NCBI GenBank assembly: GCA_036504735.1
Contig: DASXUQ010000005.1
Span: 153,377-217,376, forward strand
Reading direction: 5' to 3'
Length of the DNA: 64,000 bases
From: a bacterium
GTDB lineage: Bacteria; Electryoneota; RPQS01
The position numbers were made by a program, and so were the translations under genes. Below, piece by piece: positions 53,495 through 63,669 of this stretch. The notes under the pieces are model-generated. The model saw only the letters and a list, made by a program, of their open reading frames with translations. It was not told the DNA's origin and ran no database searches. Position 1 is the stretch's first letter, and every line of letters begins with the position of its first letter.

Positions 53495-54697
53495 TCAACC
53501 CTGCTGTTCCGCCGAAGTCATTCGACGCATCTTTTTCTTGGAAGCAAAATACTGGGCGATTTCCAGCCCACCCTGGCCGACATTCCCGATGGCAAACACC
53601 GTTCCGATGGAGTCTACGCGTTTAAAGACCTCGGCGTAGGTATGCTCCGGAGAAACAATCCCCAGTTTCAGAGCTTTGCTCTGCGCGATACCGTAGCGGG
53701 GCAGGCTGCCGTAAACACGTTCGATACTCTCGCCGGTGAGGAACAGGTAATGGAAATCGTTCGGCATCCCCTGTTGAAGCATCTCGAGAAGCTGCTGTGT
53801 GCGATCGTAACGGTCGGCGCGGGTATTGAGAATGACGAAGACCGTACCCAGATCGGCGGTCAGTGACTTCATCTTCTGCCAGATGGCCAGCGTGGAATCG
53901 GGATCGTTCGCCGCGAGCGCATGCACGAACTGGACGGTCTTGGCGCCCTCGCTGCATTCATAGATCCGGAGCGCGCCGACATCAGGGTGCGTGCTCACCA
54001 TCCCCCGAAGCGCGACATCCCGCGGAACGCCGTAATGCCCGCACACGGCGAGCGCAAGAGCCACGTTGTCGGCATGCTCAATGTGGTCGAAGCGGCTCAG
54101 GTCCGCGTAGGAGACGCTGTTTCCGTCGGCGAGAAACAGCTTGCAGTTCGCTTTGCGGGCCTGCTGTTTCATCAGCCAGAACATCTTGTCCTCGCTGGTG
54201 AACGCGATGCCGTTTTCGGGCAGAGTATTGCACAGCGAACGAGTGATATTCTCGATCGTGGGGCCCATTTCGAGAATGTGGTCCATGCGGCAGTTGGTAA
54301 TGACACCTACCGTCGCATGTACGAACTTATTCTCGCAGAGCCACTGGTACTCCGGATTGACCGCCATGCACTCGATAACGATTGCCTTGGGGCGGCGTTC
54401 AAAGAAGTACCGGAACACCTTGACCTGTTCGATAACATTGGAAGCGCCTGGCCGGTTGATAGCAATCTCCAACCCCTGCATATCAATAATGCGGGGCAGA
54501 GTGCCTGTCGTTTTGGCCATAGTGGGAATTCCGCCGGCGCGAAGTCCGGCGGCAATCAGGCGGGTAACGGAAGACTTGCCACGAGTGCCATTCACATGGA
54601 TGCGAATGGGGATGGAAAGGGCACGCCGCTGGTGGGCGTAGAACTCGACGACCGCGAGCGCGGTGAGGGCGAGAGCAAACAAAATCAAAAAAATCAT
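53495..54697 (-). CDS. pgsB: Poly-gamma-glutamate synthase PgsB/CapB (Mur-ligase-like amide ligase)
   Basis: N-terminal TM helix, RIHVNGTRGKSSVTRLI P-loop as in CapB, and about 400 aa. Confidence 0.85.
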   Translation of the reverse strand: MIFLILFALALTALAVVEFYAHQRRALSIPIRIHVNGTRGKSSVTRLIAAGLRAGGIPTMAKTTGTLPRIIDMQGLEIAINRPGASNVIEQVKVFRYFFERRPKAIVIECMAVNPEYQWLCENKFVHATVGVITNCRMDHILEMGPTIENITRSLCNTLPENGIAFTSEDKMFWLMKQQARKANCKLFLADGNSVSYADLSRFDHIEHADNVALALAVCGHYGVPRDVALRGMVSTHPDVGALRIYECSEGAKTVQFVHALAANDPDSTLAIWQKMKSLTADLGTVFVILNTRADRYDRTQQLLEMLQQGMPNDFHYLFLTGESIERVYGSLPRYGIAQSKALKLGIVSPEHTYAEVFKRVDSIGTVFAIGNVGQGGLEIAQYFASKKKMRRMTSAEQQG

Positions 54698-54784
54698 GGG
54701 GAAGCAAATCTTAGCTCGAAACGGCAGTGTCCCGCGCTACGCTTGGGAGAAAGCGATTCAATATACTGACAAATTAGCTTACAA

Positions 54785-55654
54785 TCAACCTTTCACAAGG
54801 CTATCCGCAAGATTCTTCGTGGAATCGGGACGGTTAGGCGCTCCGGGCTTGATGATATAAACCGCGGTGTCGCCGGGGGTCACCCTGCTAACCGGAACCT
54901 TAATTGTATCGCGAAAGGCGAAAGCGCTTGCGGCAGGATAGATAATTGCGGACAAAGTATTAACGTATTGTATTTTTATAGTATCATACGCGTCAAAATG
55001 CCAGTGGTGCGGCATGTCTTTGTCCCGATCAACGACGAGCCAGCCTCTGGAATTTCCGACCCATTGAATCCAGTTATCTGCAGTTTTTGCACCCGGCGGC
55101 ACGTCATCAAGGGGGAGTATTGTGAAAGGGCTCGTGACGCGCGTCCGGCTCTCAGCCATTGCCTCGCCAAAGGGCAGCATCGGCACGGCGCGGCGGTCTT
55201 CGATTCGGCGGGTCAGGTAGAGTAATCCGAGCAGTCCGGCAACAGCAAAGAAACTCATGAGATAGAGCATTTTGCGGTTGCGGCTGAGGACAGCGAACCA
55301 CGTGGTGCGGATCTTGGCGCGGGTGATGTCCACGGCCTGCGGCTGGCGGAGCAGTGGCGGGGCTTCGTCGAGAATGGCCGCATCCGATTCGGTCTCCGGC
55401 ATCATCAAGCGGTCAAAGCTCTTCAGCACCTTGTCGGTGTTCATGCCGACGGCCTGGGCATAAAGGTTTAAGTAGCCACGAATGTAGGCGCGGGGAATGT
55501 CGTTCCAGCGGCCTTCTTCAATGGCCTCAAGGAAGTCAAGTCCGAGGCGCGTCACCGCAGCTACCTCGCGAAGGGTGATCCGCTGGTATTCCCGGGCTTG
55601 CCGCAGCTCCTTACAGAAAACGGCAATGGCTGTAATGCGTGCTGAGGAGGTCAT
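54785..55654 (-). CDS. RodZ-like HTH (XRE) membrane protein with DUF4115-like C-terminal domain
   Basis: N-terminal HTH (ITLREVAAVTRLGLDFLEAIEEGRW), a single TM helix and a C-terminal beta domain. Confidence 0.6.
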   Translation of the reverse strand: MTSSARITAIAVFCKELRQAREYQRITLREVAAVTRLGLDFLEAIEEGRWNDIPRAYIRGYLNLYAQAVGMNTDKVLKSFDRLMMPETESDAAILDEAPPLLRQPQAVDITRAKIRTTWFAVLSRNRKMLYLMSFFAVAGLLGLLYLTRRIEDRRAVPMLPFGEAMAESRTRVTSPFTILPLDDVPPGAKTADNWIQWVGNSRGWLVVDRDKDMPHHWHFDAYDTIKIQYVNTLSAIIYPAASAFAFRDTIKVPVSRVTPGDTAVYIIKPGAPNRPDSTKNLADSLVKG

Positions 55655-56222
55655 GAATCAAGGATGTCGGAAGGCCGACGACGTTATCGAAATCGCCTTC
55701 GAGACGGGAGACAAGGGATTGTCCTTCCCCCTGAATGGCGTAGGCACCCGCCTTCCCTTCCCATTCGCCGCCATCCAAATAAGCCTGGATGTCGACAAAG
55801 CTGAGAGCGCGGAAGGTTACATGGGAGACGGCAGCGGATGAAACGAAAATGAAGGGTGAATCAGAAGAGACCGCAGGGCCGGAAAGACATACGCCGGTGA
55901 TGACATCATGAGTCCTGCCCGCTAACACGGCAAGCATGCCGCGGGCGGACTCCAGGCCATCGGGCTTGCCGAGGAACCGGCCATCCAACTCGATGAGAGT
56001 ATCGGCCCCGAGCAAAACGCGCGCGGGGTCGTTCACGAGCGGTGATTGCCGGACTTTCAGCTCGGCATTGAGCACAGCCAGCGTCCGGCCATCGTCGGCG
56101 GTATCGAGTTCCGGCGCATCCGAAGGGCAAACGTCGAACGGCAGGCCCAGCCGGGCAAGCAGTTCACGGCGGCGGGGTGATGCCGAGACTAAGGTCAGGC
56201 GGGCCGGAATCACTTTAGCCAA
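55611..56222 (-). CDS. maf: Maf-like nucleoside triphosphate pyrophosphatase
   Basis: LVSASPRRRELL N-terminus and the Maf/Ham1 fold; about 200 aa. Confidence 0.85.
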   Translation of the reverse strand: MAKVIPARLTLVSASPRRRELLARLGLPFDVCPSDAPELDTADDGRTLAVLNAELKVRQSPLVNDPARVLLGADTLIELDGRFLGKPDGLESARGMLAVLAGRTHDVITGVCLSGPAVSSDSPFIFVSSAAVSHVTFRALSFVDIQAYLDGGEWEGKAGAYAIQGEGQSLVSRLEGDFDNVVGLPTSLIHDLLSTHYSHCRFL

Positions 56223-56892
56223 TCAGGATGGCAATCAGCAGGATGATTCCAAGGTAGGGCAGCGTACGGTTGAAGCGAATCAGCGCTTCGAGGGAATTCT
56301 GCCCGCGCGGCTGCCGAAGTCGTCCCCACAGATAGAGGACGGGCATCAGCACGCCAAGCACCAGAATCCAGAAGTATCCGCCGTCGTAAATCTGTCCCAG
56401 CCACGGCCAGAGAGTCGTTACGCCGAAGAAGAAGAAGACCGTGGATACCCAGGCGAGTGTGCGGTGATAAACGGTGTGGACCGGAAAGTCTTCGCGGCCG
56501 CCGCTTTCGGCCATAGCGCGGTGCTCGATGTCACGGGTGGTCAGAACCACAAGCCCCAGCAGCACGGCGAGCACGGCCGGATAACCGCCCGCGCCGGGCC
56601 GTCCCATAAGGATGGCGGCCACCAGCGGCGGCAACCCCAGAAGCAAAGGGGCAACGCAGAGACGGACAAAGCGGCTCGCGGCGAGCGAATGCAACGCGGG
56701 ACCGGCGAACTTTTGCCCGCCGATGACCGTAGCCGCACTAAGGACGAGGACGACCACACCGGCGACGGTGCTGTCCGCGGCGGCGCGTACGCAGGCGGCA
56801 ATGACTGCGAGCACGGACACCGCGACAGCAATCGCGAGAAAGCGCCAATTCCACGGATTGGGAATGGAATCCAGAATGCTATAAAGAGTCAT
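56215..56892 (-). CDS. Polytopic membrane protein, hypothetical
   Basis: 6-7 predicted TM helices. No prenyltransferase or CDP-alcohol motifs found. Start chosen at MTLYSIL. Confidence 0.45.
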   Translation of the reverse strand: MTLYSILDSIPNPWNWRFLAIAVAVSVLAVIAACVRAAADSTVAGVVVLVLSAATVIGGQKFAGPALHSLAASRFVRLCVAPLLLGLPPLVAAILMGRPGAGGYPAVLAVLLGLVVLTTRDIEHRAMAESGGREDFPVHTVYHRTLAWVSTVFFFFGVTTLWPWLGQIYDGGYFWILVLGVLMPVLYLWGRLRQPRGQNSLEALIRFNRTLPYLGIILLIAILIG

Positions 56893-57541
56893 GGTTGAGC
56901 GGCATTTCCAGTTGCAATTTGACTCGCAATAATTCAAGACATTGTTTCAGCACCTGCCCGGCGTCGAGTTCCTGCGAGTGCCCCGTATCGAGAACGGCCA
57001 TGCGGAACTCCTGCGAGCCGCGCTGCGCCCATTCATCATAGGCATTATTCAACTCGACCAAATAGTCGCGGCTGATAGACTTCTCCGACGGACGGCCACG
57101 GTTATTGATACGGCGAATGAGCGTGTCTACGTCGCAGCGCAAATAGATGATGAGATCGGGCGCGCGAAGATAGTTGGCCATGTTGTAGAACAGGTCGCGG
57201 TAATTGTCCCAGTCACGTCCCACCAGATGGCCGCGGTTGTGCAAGGTGCGGGCGAAGATCTCGACGTCTTCATAAATGGTGCGGTCCTGCACGCAGGAGA
57301 CCTGCGCCGTCTCGATTTCCCGCTGGCTGACAAAGCGTTTGCTCAGGAAATAGACCTGAAGATGAAACGCCCAGCGCGACATGTCGGCGTAGAAGTCATC
57401 GAGATACGGATTGTCGATGACCGGCTCGAGATAGCAACTCCAGCCCAGTTGCGAAGCGAGCGCATGCGTCAGCGTGGTTTTGCCCACACCGATATTGCCG
57501 GCAATAGCGACGAAATACTTGCGCTGGGAGAACTCGGACAT
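56879..57541 (-). CDS. Deoxynucleoside kinase (dAK/dGK/dCK family)
   Basis: P-loop IAGNIGVGKTTL, ERS-like motif and about 220 aa. Confidence 0.85.
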   Translation of the reverse strand: MSEFSQRKYFVAIAGNIGVGKTTLTHALASQLGWSCYLEPVIDNPYLDDFYADMSRWAFHLQVYFLSKRFVSQREIETAQVSCVQDRTIYEDVEIFARTLHNRGHLVGRDWDNYRDLFYNMANYLRAPDLIIYLRCDVDTLIRRINNRGRPSEKSISRDYLVELNNAYDEWAQRGSQEFRMAVLDTGHSQELDAGQVLKQCLELLRVKLQLEMPLNHDSL

Positions 57542-57558
57542 GGCTTTCCCGGACCGGT

Positions 57559-57978
57559 TTACAGATCGAGTAGATTCAGATTGGAAAACTCATCGAGGCG
57601 GCGGTTGATCTGCTGGTCGCTTCCGCGGATCCAACATTCGACCGTCACGGCGACTTCAAGGCTGACGAGATGGCCGCCTTTGACCTGGGCATGCTCATCG
57701 GCCACGGTGCAGTGAATATGCCACACGGGCGCGCCGTTAAAGTGCGCGAGATTGCCCACAAGGCTCACCAGTTCGACGATACCGTCGATCGGGTGATTGA
57801 TGTACGTGTGATGGGGCAGATCATAGTAGGCAAGAGTCACATCCTTCACGGCGCCAAGACCCATGATTACGGCGGAACCCCACTTGCGCTGCCGCGCCAG
57901 CTCGATCAAGGCACCGGGGAGCTTCTCCCCCACTTCAAAGCGAACCAGCACCCGATCTTTGTCATCAGCAATTTTCAT
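57559..57978 (-). CDS. PPC/DUF296 domain protein
   Basis: About 140 aa with a glycine-rich beta pattern (GSAVIMGLGAVKDVTLAY) resembling DUF296. From memory. Confidence 0.5.
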   Translation of the reverse strand: MKIADDKDRVLVRFEVGEKLPGALIELARQRKWGSAVIMGLGAVKDVTLAYYDLPHHTYINHPIDGIVELVSLVGNLAHFNGAPVWHIHCTVADEHAQVKGGHLVSLEVAVTVECWIRGSDQQINRRLDEFSNLNLLDL

Positions 57979-57982
57979 TCTG

Positions 57983-58867
57983 TCACCTGTTAGGCTGGGT
58001 GGCATCTTCGGCAAGTTCTTCATCCAGCGACCGGATATCGAGAAACGGCATCCACTGTTTCAGACGCGAGATGTCATAGCTGTTGTCGGCAGTCATAATT
58101 TCCGCATGCGGGTGCGACGCGAAAGGAGCCGCTTCGATGGGATCGGGCGACAGGCCGTAGGCGCGCGCCACGGCGTATCCGGTGTCGAGACGGTTGATGC
58201 GCTGCGGCCCGCCCGCATGGAGCAGGCCGGAGAATTCCAGCACACACGCCGCTTCGAGCAGTCGCACCATCATGCGAATGTGGATGGGGGAGCGGTACTG
58301 GTCGGCAAACAGCGTGACAGCGTCGCCCGCGCGCAGTTTGCGGAGTATCATGTCGGTGAAGCTCTCGCCCCAGCCCAGTGACGGTCCTACAACCGAATTG
58401 CTGCGGACCACAAGATTGGGCACTGTGGAGGTGAGTACCAGGCGCTCCGCTTCAAGCTTGGTGCGGCCATAGATGTTGACCGGATCGGGATCATGACTCT
58501 CGCGGTATCCGCCGCGATTGCCCGAAAAGACCTGATCGCTGGAGAGGAAGATAAACTTGGAATGCAGACGTTCGGCCCAGTGCAGCAGTGTGGCGGTGGC
58601 CGTGACATTGACGTTCTGCGCTTCCGCCGGATTTTGCTCGCACTCCAGCACACGGGACATGGCCGCCGCGTGAATAATCACCTGCGGTTTGAACGTTTGC
58701 AGGAGCGCCGCGACCGCCTTGGGGGCGGTCAGGTCAGCGCTGTCATAGCGGAAGGGCAACCGGCGTTGTGTACGGAAAACGACCCCAAGCACGTCATGCT
58801 CTGCGGACAGGTGCTTTCCAAGGTGCGAGCCGACGAAGCCCGACGCTCCAGTAATCAGAATGCGCAC
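57983..58867 (-). CDS. NAD(P)-dependent epimerase/reductase, dTDP-4-dehydrorhamnose reductase (RmlD)-like SDR
   Basis: MRILITGASGFVGSHL Rossmann motif and YGRTK catalytic Tyr-x3-Lys; about 290 aa. Confidence 0.8.
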   Translation of the reverse strand: MRILITGASGFVGSHLGKHLSAEHDVLGVVFRTQRRLPFRYDSADLTAPKAVAALLQTFKPQVIIHAAAMSRVLECEQNPAEAQNVNVTATATLLHWAERLHSKFIFLSSDQVFSGNRGGYRESHDPDPVNIYGRTKLEAERLVLTSTVPNLVVRSNSVVGPSLGWGESFTDMILRKLRAGDAVTLFADQYRSPIHIRMMVRLLEAACVLEFSGLLHAGGPQRINRLDTGYAVARAYGLSPDPIEAAPFASHPHAEIMTADNSYDISRLKQWMPFLDIRSLDEELAEDATQPNR

Positions 58868-58873
58868 GGCAGA

Positions 58874-59536
58874 TCAGAAATCGTGTGTAAACCGGACCGC
58901 GAGTCCCTTCGATGGAGCCACGGTTTGAACGTCCACGTTCCAACTGGTTGTCTTCGGCGTCGCGGACTGCTCCCGGTCGAGGGCGGCCATGCGCCCGGCA
59001 TGAATGGCGGACGCGATGTGATTGAGCACGAGACCACCCACCAGGTAGAGCACACTGTTGAACGCACGGTCCGAGCGGATGCGATTCGTCTCCATAAGCG
59101 AGCGATGCGCATCGGAGTCCCACGCCCATTGGTCCGCCGGATCGGTGTAAAGGGCATCGAACTGCCGCTGCTGCAGGCGGCGCTGGTTGAACTGATCGGT
59201 ATTGGTCCAGTTGCCCACATCCACGTAGAAATCGTGACTGTGGCTGCCCTTCACGCCGGCGTAAGCCGCCGCCAGCGCCTGATAGTCGGCGCGGGTGGAA
59301 CGGCCATAGGCATTGAGGGTGAACATTCCGCCGACGAGCATCAGCTCGGCGCCGAAGAAGGTAAGCGCGGCATTCTTCCGCCCAAGACTGTACTGCCCCC
59401 ATCCCGGAATCACAAAGGATTTGAGGAAGGCTGCCTTGTTGGAACTCTGCGGCTTCTCTGCGGCGAAGGCCGAAAGCGAAAGCGAGAGCACCAGCGAAAC
59501 GGCGATCAGGCGGGAAGATGCTGAGGATAAACGCAT
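58874..59536 (-). CDS. DUF5683-like secreted protein (PGWGQ motif), paralog A
   Basis: Signal peptide, SFVIPGWGQYSLG motif and a C-terminal VLNHIASAIHA segment. Confidence 0.55.
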   Translation of the reverse strand: MRLSSASSRLIAVSLVLSLSLSAFAAEKPQSSNKAAFLKSFVIPGWGQYSLGRKNAALTFFGAELMLVGGMFTLNAYGRSTRADYQALAAAYAGVKGSHSHDFYVDVGNWTNTDQFNQRRLQQRQFDALYTDPADQWAWDSDAHRSLMETNRIRSDRAFNSVLYLVGGLVLNHIASAIHAGRMAALDREQSATPKTTSWNVDVQTVAPSKGLAVRFTHDF

Positions 59537-59546
59537 GGCGGCCTGT

Positions 59547-60596
59547 TTAGTTCAGAGGTACGGTAACCGTGACATAACGTGCGAGGCTGCCATTGACCTG
59601 CTTGGCATCGTAGTGGAAGTGAAGCTGCCCCATGTTCGACGTTCCCGAATTCTTCTCGAGGCGCTTGTTGGCCGAACGCACGGCGAAGGCGGCATCGAGC
59701 GCGGAGAGAATATGGTTGGCCAGCACGATTTCCATCGCCGTATTGCCCTTGTTGTAATACGAGTTCGCCAGACCGCGCATATCGCGATAATGGAAGAACA
59801 TCGCCGATCCGCCGTCAAAGGCGATGGTAGCGGTGTTATCCGGCGTCTGCCCAGCCGCCGGGTCCGCCCAGTTGGCGCGTCCGGCATCGGTCCAGCCGAT
59901 GCCACTGTTGTACGTGTCTTTCCAACCCCAGCCGAACTGGAGAAAATACTTGCCGATCATTTCGTAGAACTGCTGCTGATCCGTCGTGTTCACATCATGG
60001 GTGAACGGGGCCGGCAGAGACTGGTAACGCTCATCCCACGGCAGGCTGCCGTAATCCTCGAAATTGCCGTGATAGGTCGGACGGCCACCGTTCTTGATGG
60101 AGTCGGATGCGATCAGGTATTCGGCATACAGATACGCACGGGTGTCGAAATTGTTCGGGGTATCGCGCCAGCCGGCATAGGCCTGGAACTCATCCGTCTT
60201 CTTGTTGCCTTTGCCGTGGTACGTGGCGAACACCGCCCAACTTCCCACTTCCAGCGCGAAGAACGGAATGGCACGCCACCACTGCCCGCTGTACAACTCA
60301 CCGCTACCGGGGATGATCAGCGAGAACAGAGCGGCCTTGCCGATGTTTTTCTTGAGAGGATTGGACATCACGGAGGTGCTGCTGTCCGTAACCGCCTGAG
60401 CTTCAGTTTGGCCGGCAGGATCGGCGCTTGCCAGTTGTGCGCGGAAAGGTGACACGTTCCACTCGGCGCACGAGGCCACGCGTGGGAACAATGCGACACA
60501 CAGTGCGAGCACGATCAGCCAGCCGAACGCGTATTTGCTCGACATGGGAGTTTCTCCGAATTTATGATCACTCTTGTTTGTAAGCAGATGAGCCAA
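59547..60596 (-). CDS. DUF5683-like secreted protein, paralog B (longer)
   Basis: Signal peptide. SLIIPGSGELYSG and LANHILSALDAAFAV are clearly homologous to paralog A motifs. Confidence 0.5.
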   Translation of the reverse strand: MAHLLTNKSDHKFGETPMSSKYAFGWLIVLALCVALFPRVASCAEWNVSPFRAQLASADPAGQTEAQAVTDSSTSVMSNPLKKNIGKAALFSLIIPGSGELYSGQWWRAIPFFALEVGSWAVFATYHGKGNKKTDEFQAYAGWRDTPNNFDTRAYLYAEYLIASDSIKNGGRPTYHGNFEDYGSLPWDERYQSLPAPFTHDVNTTDQQQFYEMIGKYFLQFGWGWKDTYNSGIGWTDAGRANWADPAAGQTPDNTATIAFDGGSAMFFHYRDMRGLANSYYNKGNTAMEIVLANHILSALDAAFAVRSANKRLEKNSGTSNMGQLHFHYDAKQVNGSLARYVTVTVPLN

Positions 60597-63500
60597 GGTC
60601 CGTCCCGTGCCCGGCGAAGGGGCTGTAGAAATCGAACAGCACGGTCAGATAATACCGCATTTCTTTTCCGTATTCGGTGGGGGTGCGCCCCGTTTCCGTC
60701 ACGGAGAACTTGTCAAATCCGTAGGCGGCATCAAAGGCGATGGCCGTCGGATATGAATAGAACGAATGAAGCTGAACGCGCAGGCCGGCGCCGATGTCTT
60801 TTTTGATACCACCGGGATGCACGTCGCCCTTCCAGGCGCTGCCAACGTCAGCGAAGAGGCTGCCGTAAATGCGATTGACCGAAAGCGGCCAGAGATTCCA
60901 GTCGGCACGACGAACAATCGGAAAACGGTACGTCGCCGTACCCACGCCGATGCGCTCCCCACCCAGACTGTAGAAGGAATAGCCGCGCATGCCCGGCAGA
61001 CCGCCGGCATAGAGGAAGAAGAACGGGTCCACGTGGCGATCCACCGCGCCGCCTCGGGCGCGCAGTTCGAGGGTATGGTCCCAGCCGGGCAATTGGAAGT
61101 ACTTTTCCGCGCCACCTTCGATCATATCGTAGTTGTAAGGCGCATAAGCTTCCTTGAGACCGATGGTGCTGCCCGCGATGTCAAAACCCGTAAAGAAGAG
61201 CTGATTAGCGCGGGTGAGTTCGAGGTAGCCTTTGAAGCCACCGCTTGGATTGATCTCCGACGCGACGCCGGGGCGGCGTTGATCGGTGTAGAATCCCAAC
61301 TTGCCTGCCCAACCCTTGAAATAGGTCAGGCCAACAGTAGAACCATCGTCGAAGCGGTTGTGAGCGGTATAGCGGTCATACACGCCCGAAAGCTTGCCGT
61401 AGGTCCCCTTCCCCGCCGCCAGTTTCACACCCGCTTCGATCTCATTTAGATTGTAGCGGTACTTGATGCCGTAGGTGTCGTAGATCGGCTGGAAATTGGG
61501 ATCTTCCCCGGTGATGCGCGTGGAGTCGGAAAATCGCTGGCTCAGATTGCGCTGAACATTATAGTACTCGGCAAAGATCGTGGGATAAAGCGCGCGATAC
61601 TCGACCGAGCCGAACAGATCGTAATCCTTCTTCTCGTTGATGGCAAAGCCGCCGAGGAAATTCAGCTTTTCCAGAACATCATTCAGCAGAACATACACGC
61701 CCGGCTTGAAGGTGCCGTAATCGAAGGCGATGCGGGGGAACCAGTAGAGATTTTCGAAGGCAGGCTTATAGAGCTTGCCGACGTGGCGCTCGGCCGTGAC
61801 CGTAAAGTCCGGCTTGGGAACACGCAAGGCGTAATTGCCGCCGGGCGGTGGCGGGTCCGCGATGGACAGCGCCGAGGGATTGCCAAGGCTGCAGATGCGA
61901 TAGCCCTGCCCGCAGAAGTCCGAATAGACGAGGCGGTCGCCCTGCATATCCGGATAGTAGGCGCCACCCAGCACACTGGTAAGCTGCTGGCGCGAACTGT
62001 CGGCCAGATTCAGCCTGTAGATATTGGCAATACCGGAAACGTCCCACGACACGAGCAGGCTCTTGCTGTCGGCAGTCCATGCCGCGTCGCGCAGTTCAAG
62101 GTTTTCGCCGCTGAATTCCTGTTTCAGAACCATTCCCCGACCGCCGTCCTGCACTTCGAAAATACGGAGGCCTCGGCCATCATAGAGATTCTGCGCAACG
62201 GCGATGAACTTACCGTCCCTGCTCCAGCGGGGAAGATAGTACTGTTCGTGGGGCAAAGACGGATGACGGTAGAGCAGGGTCTCGGGAGTGATGGGCTTCG
62301 GCTTCTTCGATACGTCCGGCATCGAGGCGAACGCGATCTCCCTCCTGCCCTGCTCATTTACCGTAAACACCAGCGTCTTGCCGTCGGGGCTGATGTCTAC
62401 CGACTCGGCGCGAACGCCGTTGGACAGGCGAAGAGTTTTCTTGCTCTTGACCTGATACAAATAGATGTCATGCTGCAGCGATCCGGTGCCGACCCGAACC
62501 TGCTGCCGCGTGAAAAGCACGCCGCTGCCGTCGGGAAGCCAGCACAGGCCACTGTGCGCCGCCGGGGCAACCAGTTCGGCCTTGGCCGTTTCGAAATTGT
62601 AGATGTAAAGGCTGGTCTGGCCGAAGTAGTCACGCTTCTGATTGGAGATGAACGCGACCTGCTTGCCGTCGGGAGACAGTCGCGGATAGAGATTCACGTA
62701 GCCCTTCACGGGCACGGTATCGGCACGGGTCAAGGTCGGAGAAAGCTCATCGCGAGTAGCGCCGTACTCCCGCTCCAGCGAGGCGCGCCATTCCCTGTAC
62801 CAATCATTGCCGCTCTTGCCGGTGGCCCGCTTCATGGCGGCATCCATGGTTAACGGCAGGAGGCTGGAGAGAGCCTGACTGATACGCTCCAGAGATTTCG
62901 TATCGCCCGTCTGTTTTGCAACATAACGTACGAAAGAGAAGCCCTGATTGTAAACGCCTTCGCTCTCGAGGCTGGTCTTGCCGAAATAGGCCATGTCCTC
63001 AAAGGACAGCAGGCGGTGAGAAAGCGTAGACTGGCGCAGGAGCATGTCGCGGTGGCTATCCCAGTAATCGTAGCCGTTGCCGGTGAACTGGAACTGTGCC
63101 ACGCCTTCGGCAAACCAGGCAGGGACCGTCACCGAAGGCAGCGGCCAACTGACGAGGCGATTGGGATAGCCGTAGAGCACATCGGGGCGGCGTTCGGGCT
63201 CATAGCCAAGGAACTGCGCATACAACGCCGGTACACGCCGCGCCCACTTGCGCGCCGCGCCAAGCTGAATCATATGCGTGTATTCGTGGGTGACCACGTT
63301 CCGCAGCCAGTTATGGGTGCCGCGGAAATCCCACGCCATGGAGGTCGCATAGAAATGGATCTTGTTCGACTGGAAGTACGTCGCCGCGTTGGCGATGTCG
63401 TCGGCATCGGAGAAGATCAGGGAGACCTTGGTATCCGGGACGTAATCGTAGAGCTTGCAGAGCGGACCGTGCACGTCTTCCGCCACCTTGGCCGCCATGG

Positions 63501-63669
63501 AGGCGACGTCTTCAAGGCCTTCGGTGTAATAGACCACGAAATGATCGGTCTCGAAGCTCAGCCATTTGAGTTCGGGATGGTTGTAATCATCGAAGAGCGC
63601 GAACGCCGGAAGATGGCCGAGCGCCAGGATCAGGAACAACGCCGCGAGCACGTATCTTGGGGTTCGCAC
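60568..63669 (-). CDS. Large secreted protein: N-terminal HExxH region, TolB-like (PD40) beta-propeller, C-terminal beta-barrel-like region
   Basis: Signal peptide, an HEYTHM motif, repeated PDGK/SRDGK propeller signatures, and a roughly 400-aa C-terminal aromatic-rich beta region. GTG start. Confidence 0.65.
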   Translation of the reverse strand: MRTPRYVLAALFLILALGHLPAFALFDDYNHPELKWLSFETDHFVVYYTEGLEDVASMAAKVAEDVHGPLCKLYDYVPDTKVSLIFSDADDIANAATYFQSNKIHFYATSMAWDFRGTHNWLRNVVTHEYTHMIQLGAARKWARRVPALYAQFLGYEPERRPDVLYGYPNRLVSWPLPSVTVPAWFAEGVAQFQFTGNGYDYWDSHRDMLLRQSTLSHRLLSFEDMAYFGKTSLESEGVYNQGFSFVRYVAKQTGDTKSLERISQALSSLLPLTMDAAMKRATGKSGNDWYREWRASLEREYGATRDELSPTLTRADTVPVKGYVNLYPRLSPDGKQVAFISNQKRDYFGQTSLYIYNFETAKAELVAPAAHSGLCWLPDGSGVLFTRQQVRVGTGSLQHDIYLYQVKSKKTLRLSNGVRAESVDISPDGKTLVFTVNEQGRREIAFASMPDVSKKPKPITPETLLYRHPSLPHEQYYLPRWSRDGKFIAVAQNLYDGRGLRIFEVQDGGRGMVLKQEFSGENLELRDAAWTADSKSLLVSWDVSGIANIYRLNLADSSRQQLTSVLGGAYYPDMQGDRLVYSDFCGQGYRICSLGNPSALSIADPPPPGGNYALRVPKPDFTVTAERHVGKLYKPAFENLYWFPRIAFDYGTFKPGVYVLLNDVLEKLNFLGGFAINEKKDYDLFGSVEYRALYPTIFAEYYNVQRNLSQRFSDSTRITGEDPNFQPIYDTYGIKYRYNLNEIEAGVKLAAGKGTYGKLSGVYDRYTAHNRFDDGSTVGLTYFKGWAGKLGFYTDQRRPGVASEINPSGGFKGYLELTRANQLFFTGFDIAGSTIGLKEAYAPYNYDMIEGGAEKYFQLPGWDHTLELRARGGAVDRHVDPFFFLYAGGLPGMRGYSFYSLGGERIGVGTATYRFPIVRRADWNLWPLSVNRIYGSLFADVGSAWKGDVHPGGIKKDIGAGLRVQLHSFYSYPTAIAFDAAYGFDKFSVTETGRTPTEYGKEMRYYLTVLFDFYSPFAGHGTDLGSSAYKQE

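Noticed and set aside
56215-56892. UbiA-type prenyltransferase call for the polytopic membrane protein
   Set aside because: No NDxxDxxxD or DxxxD Asp-rich motifs. Kept as hypothetical.
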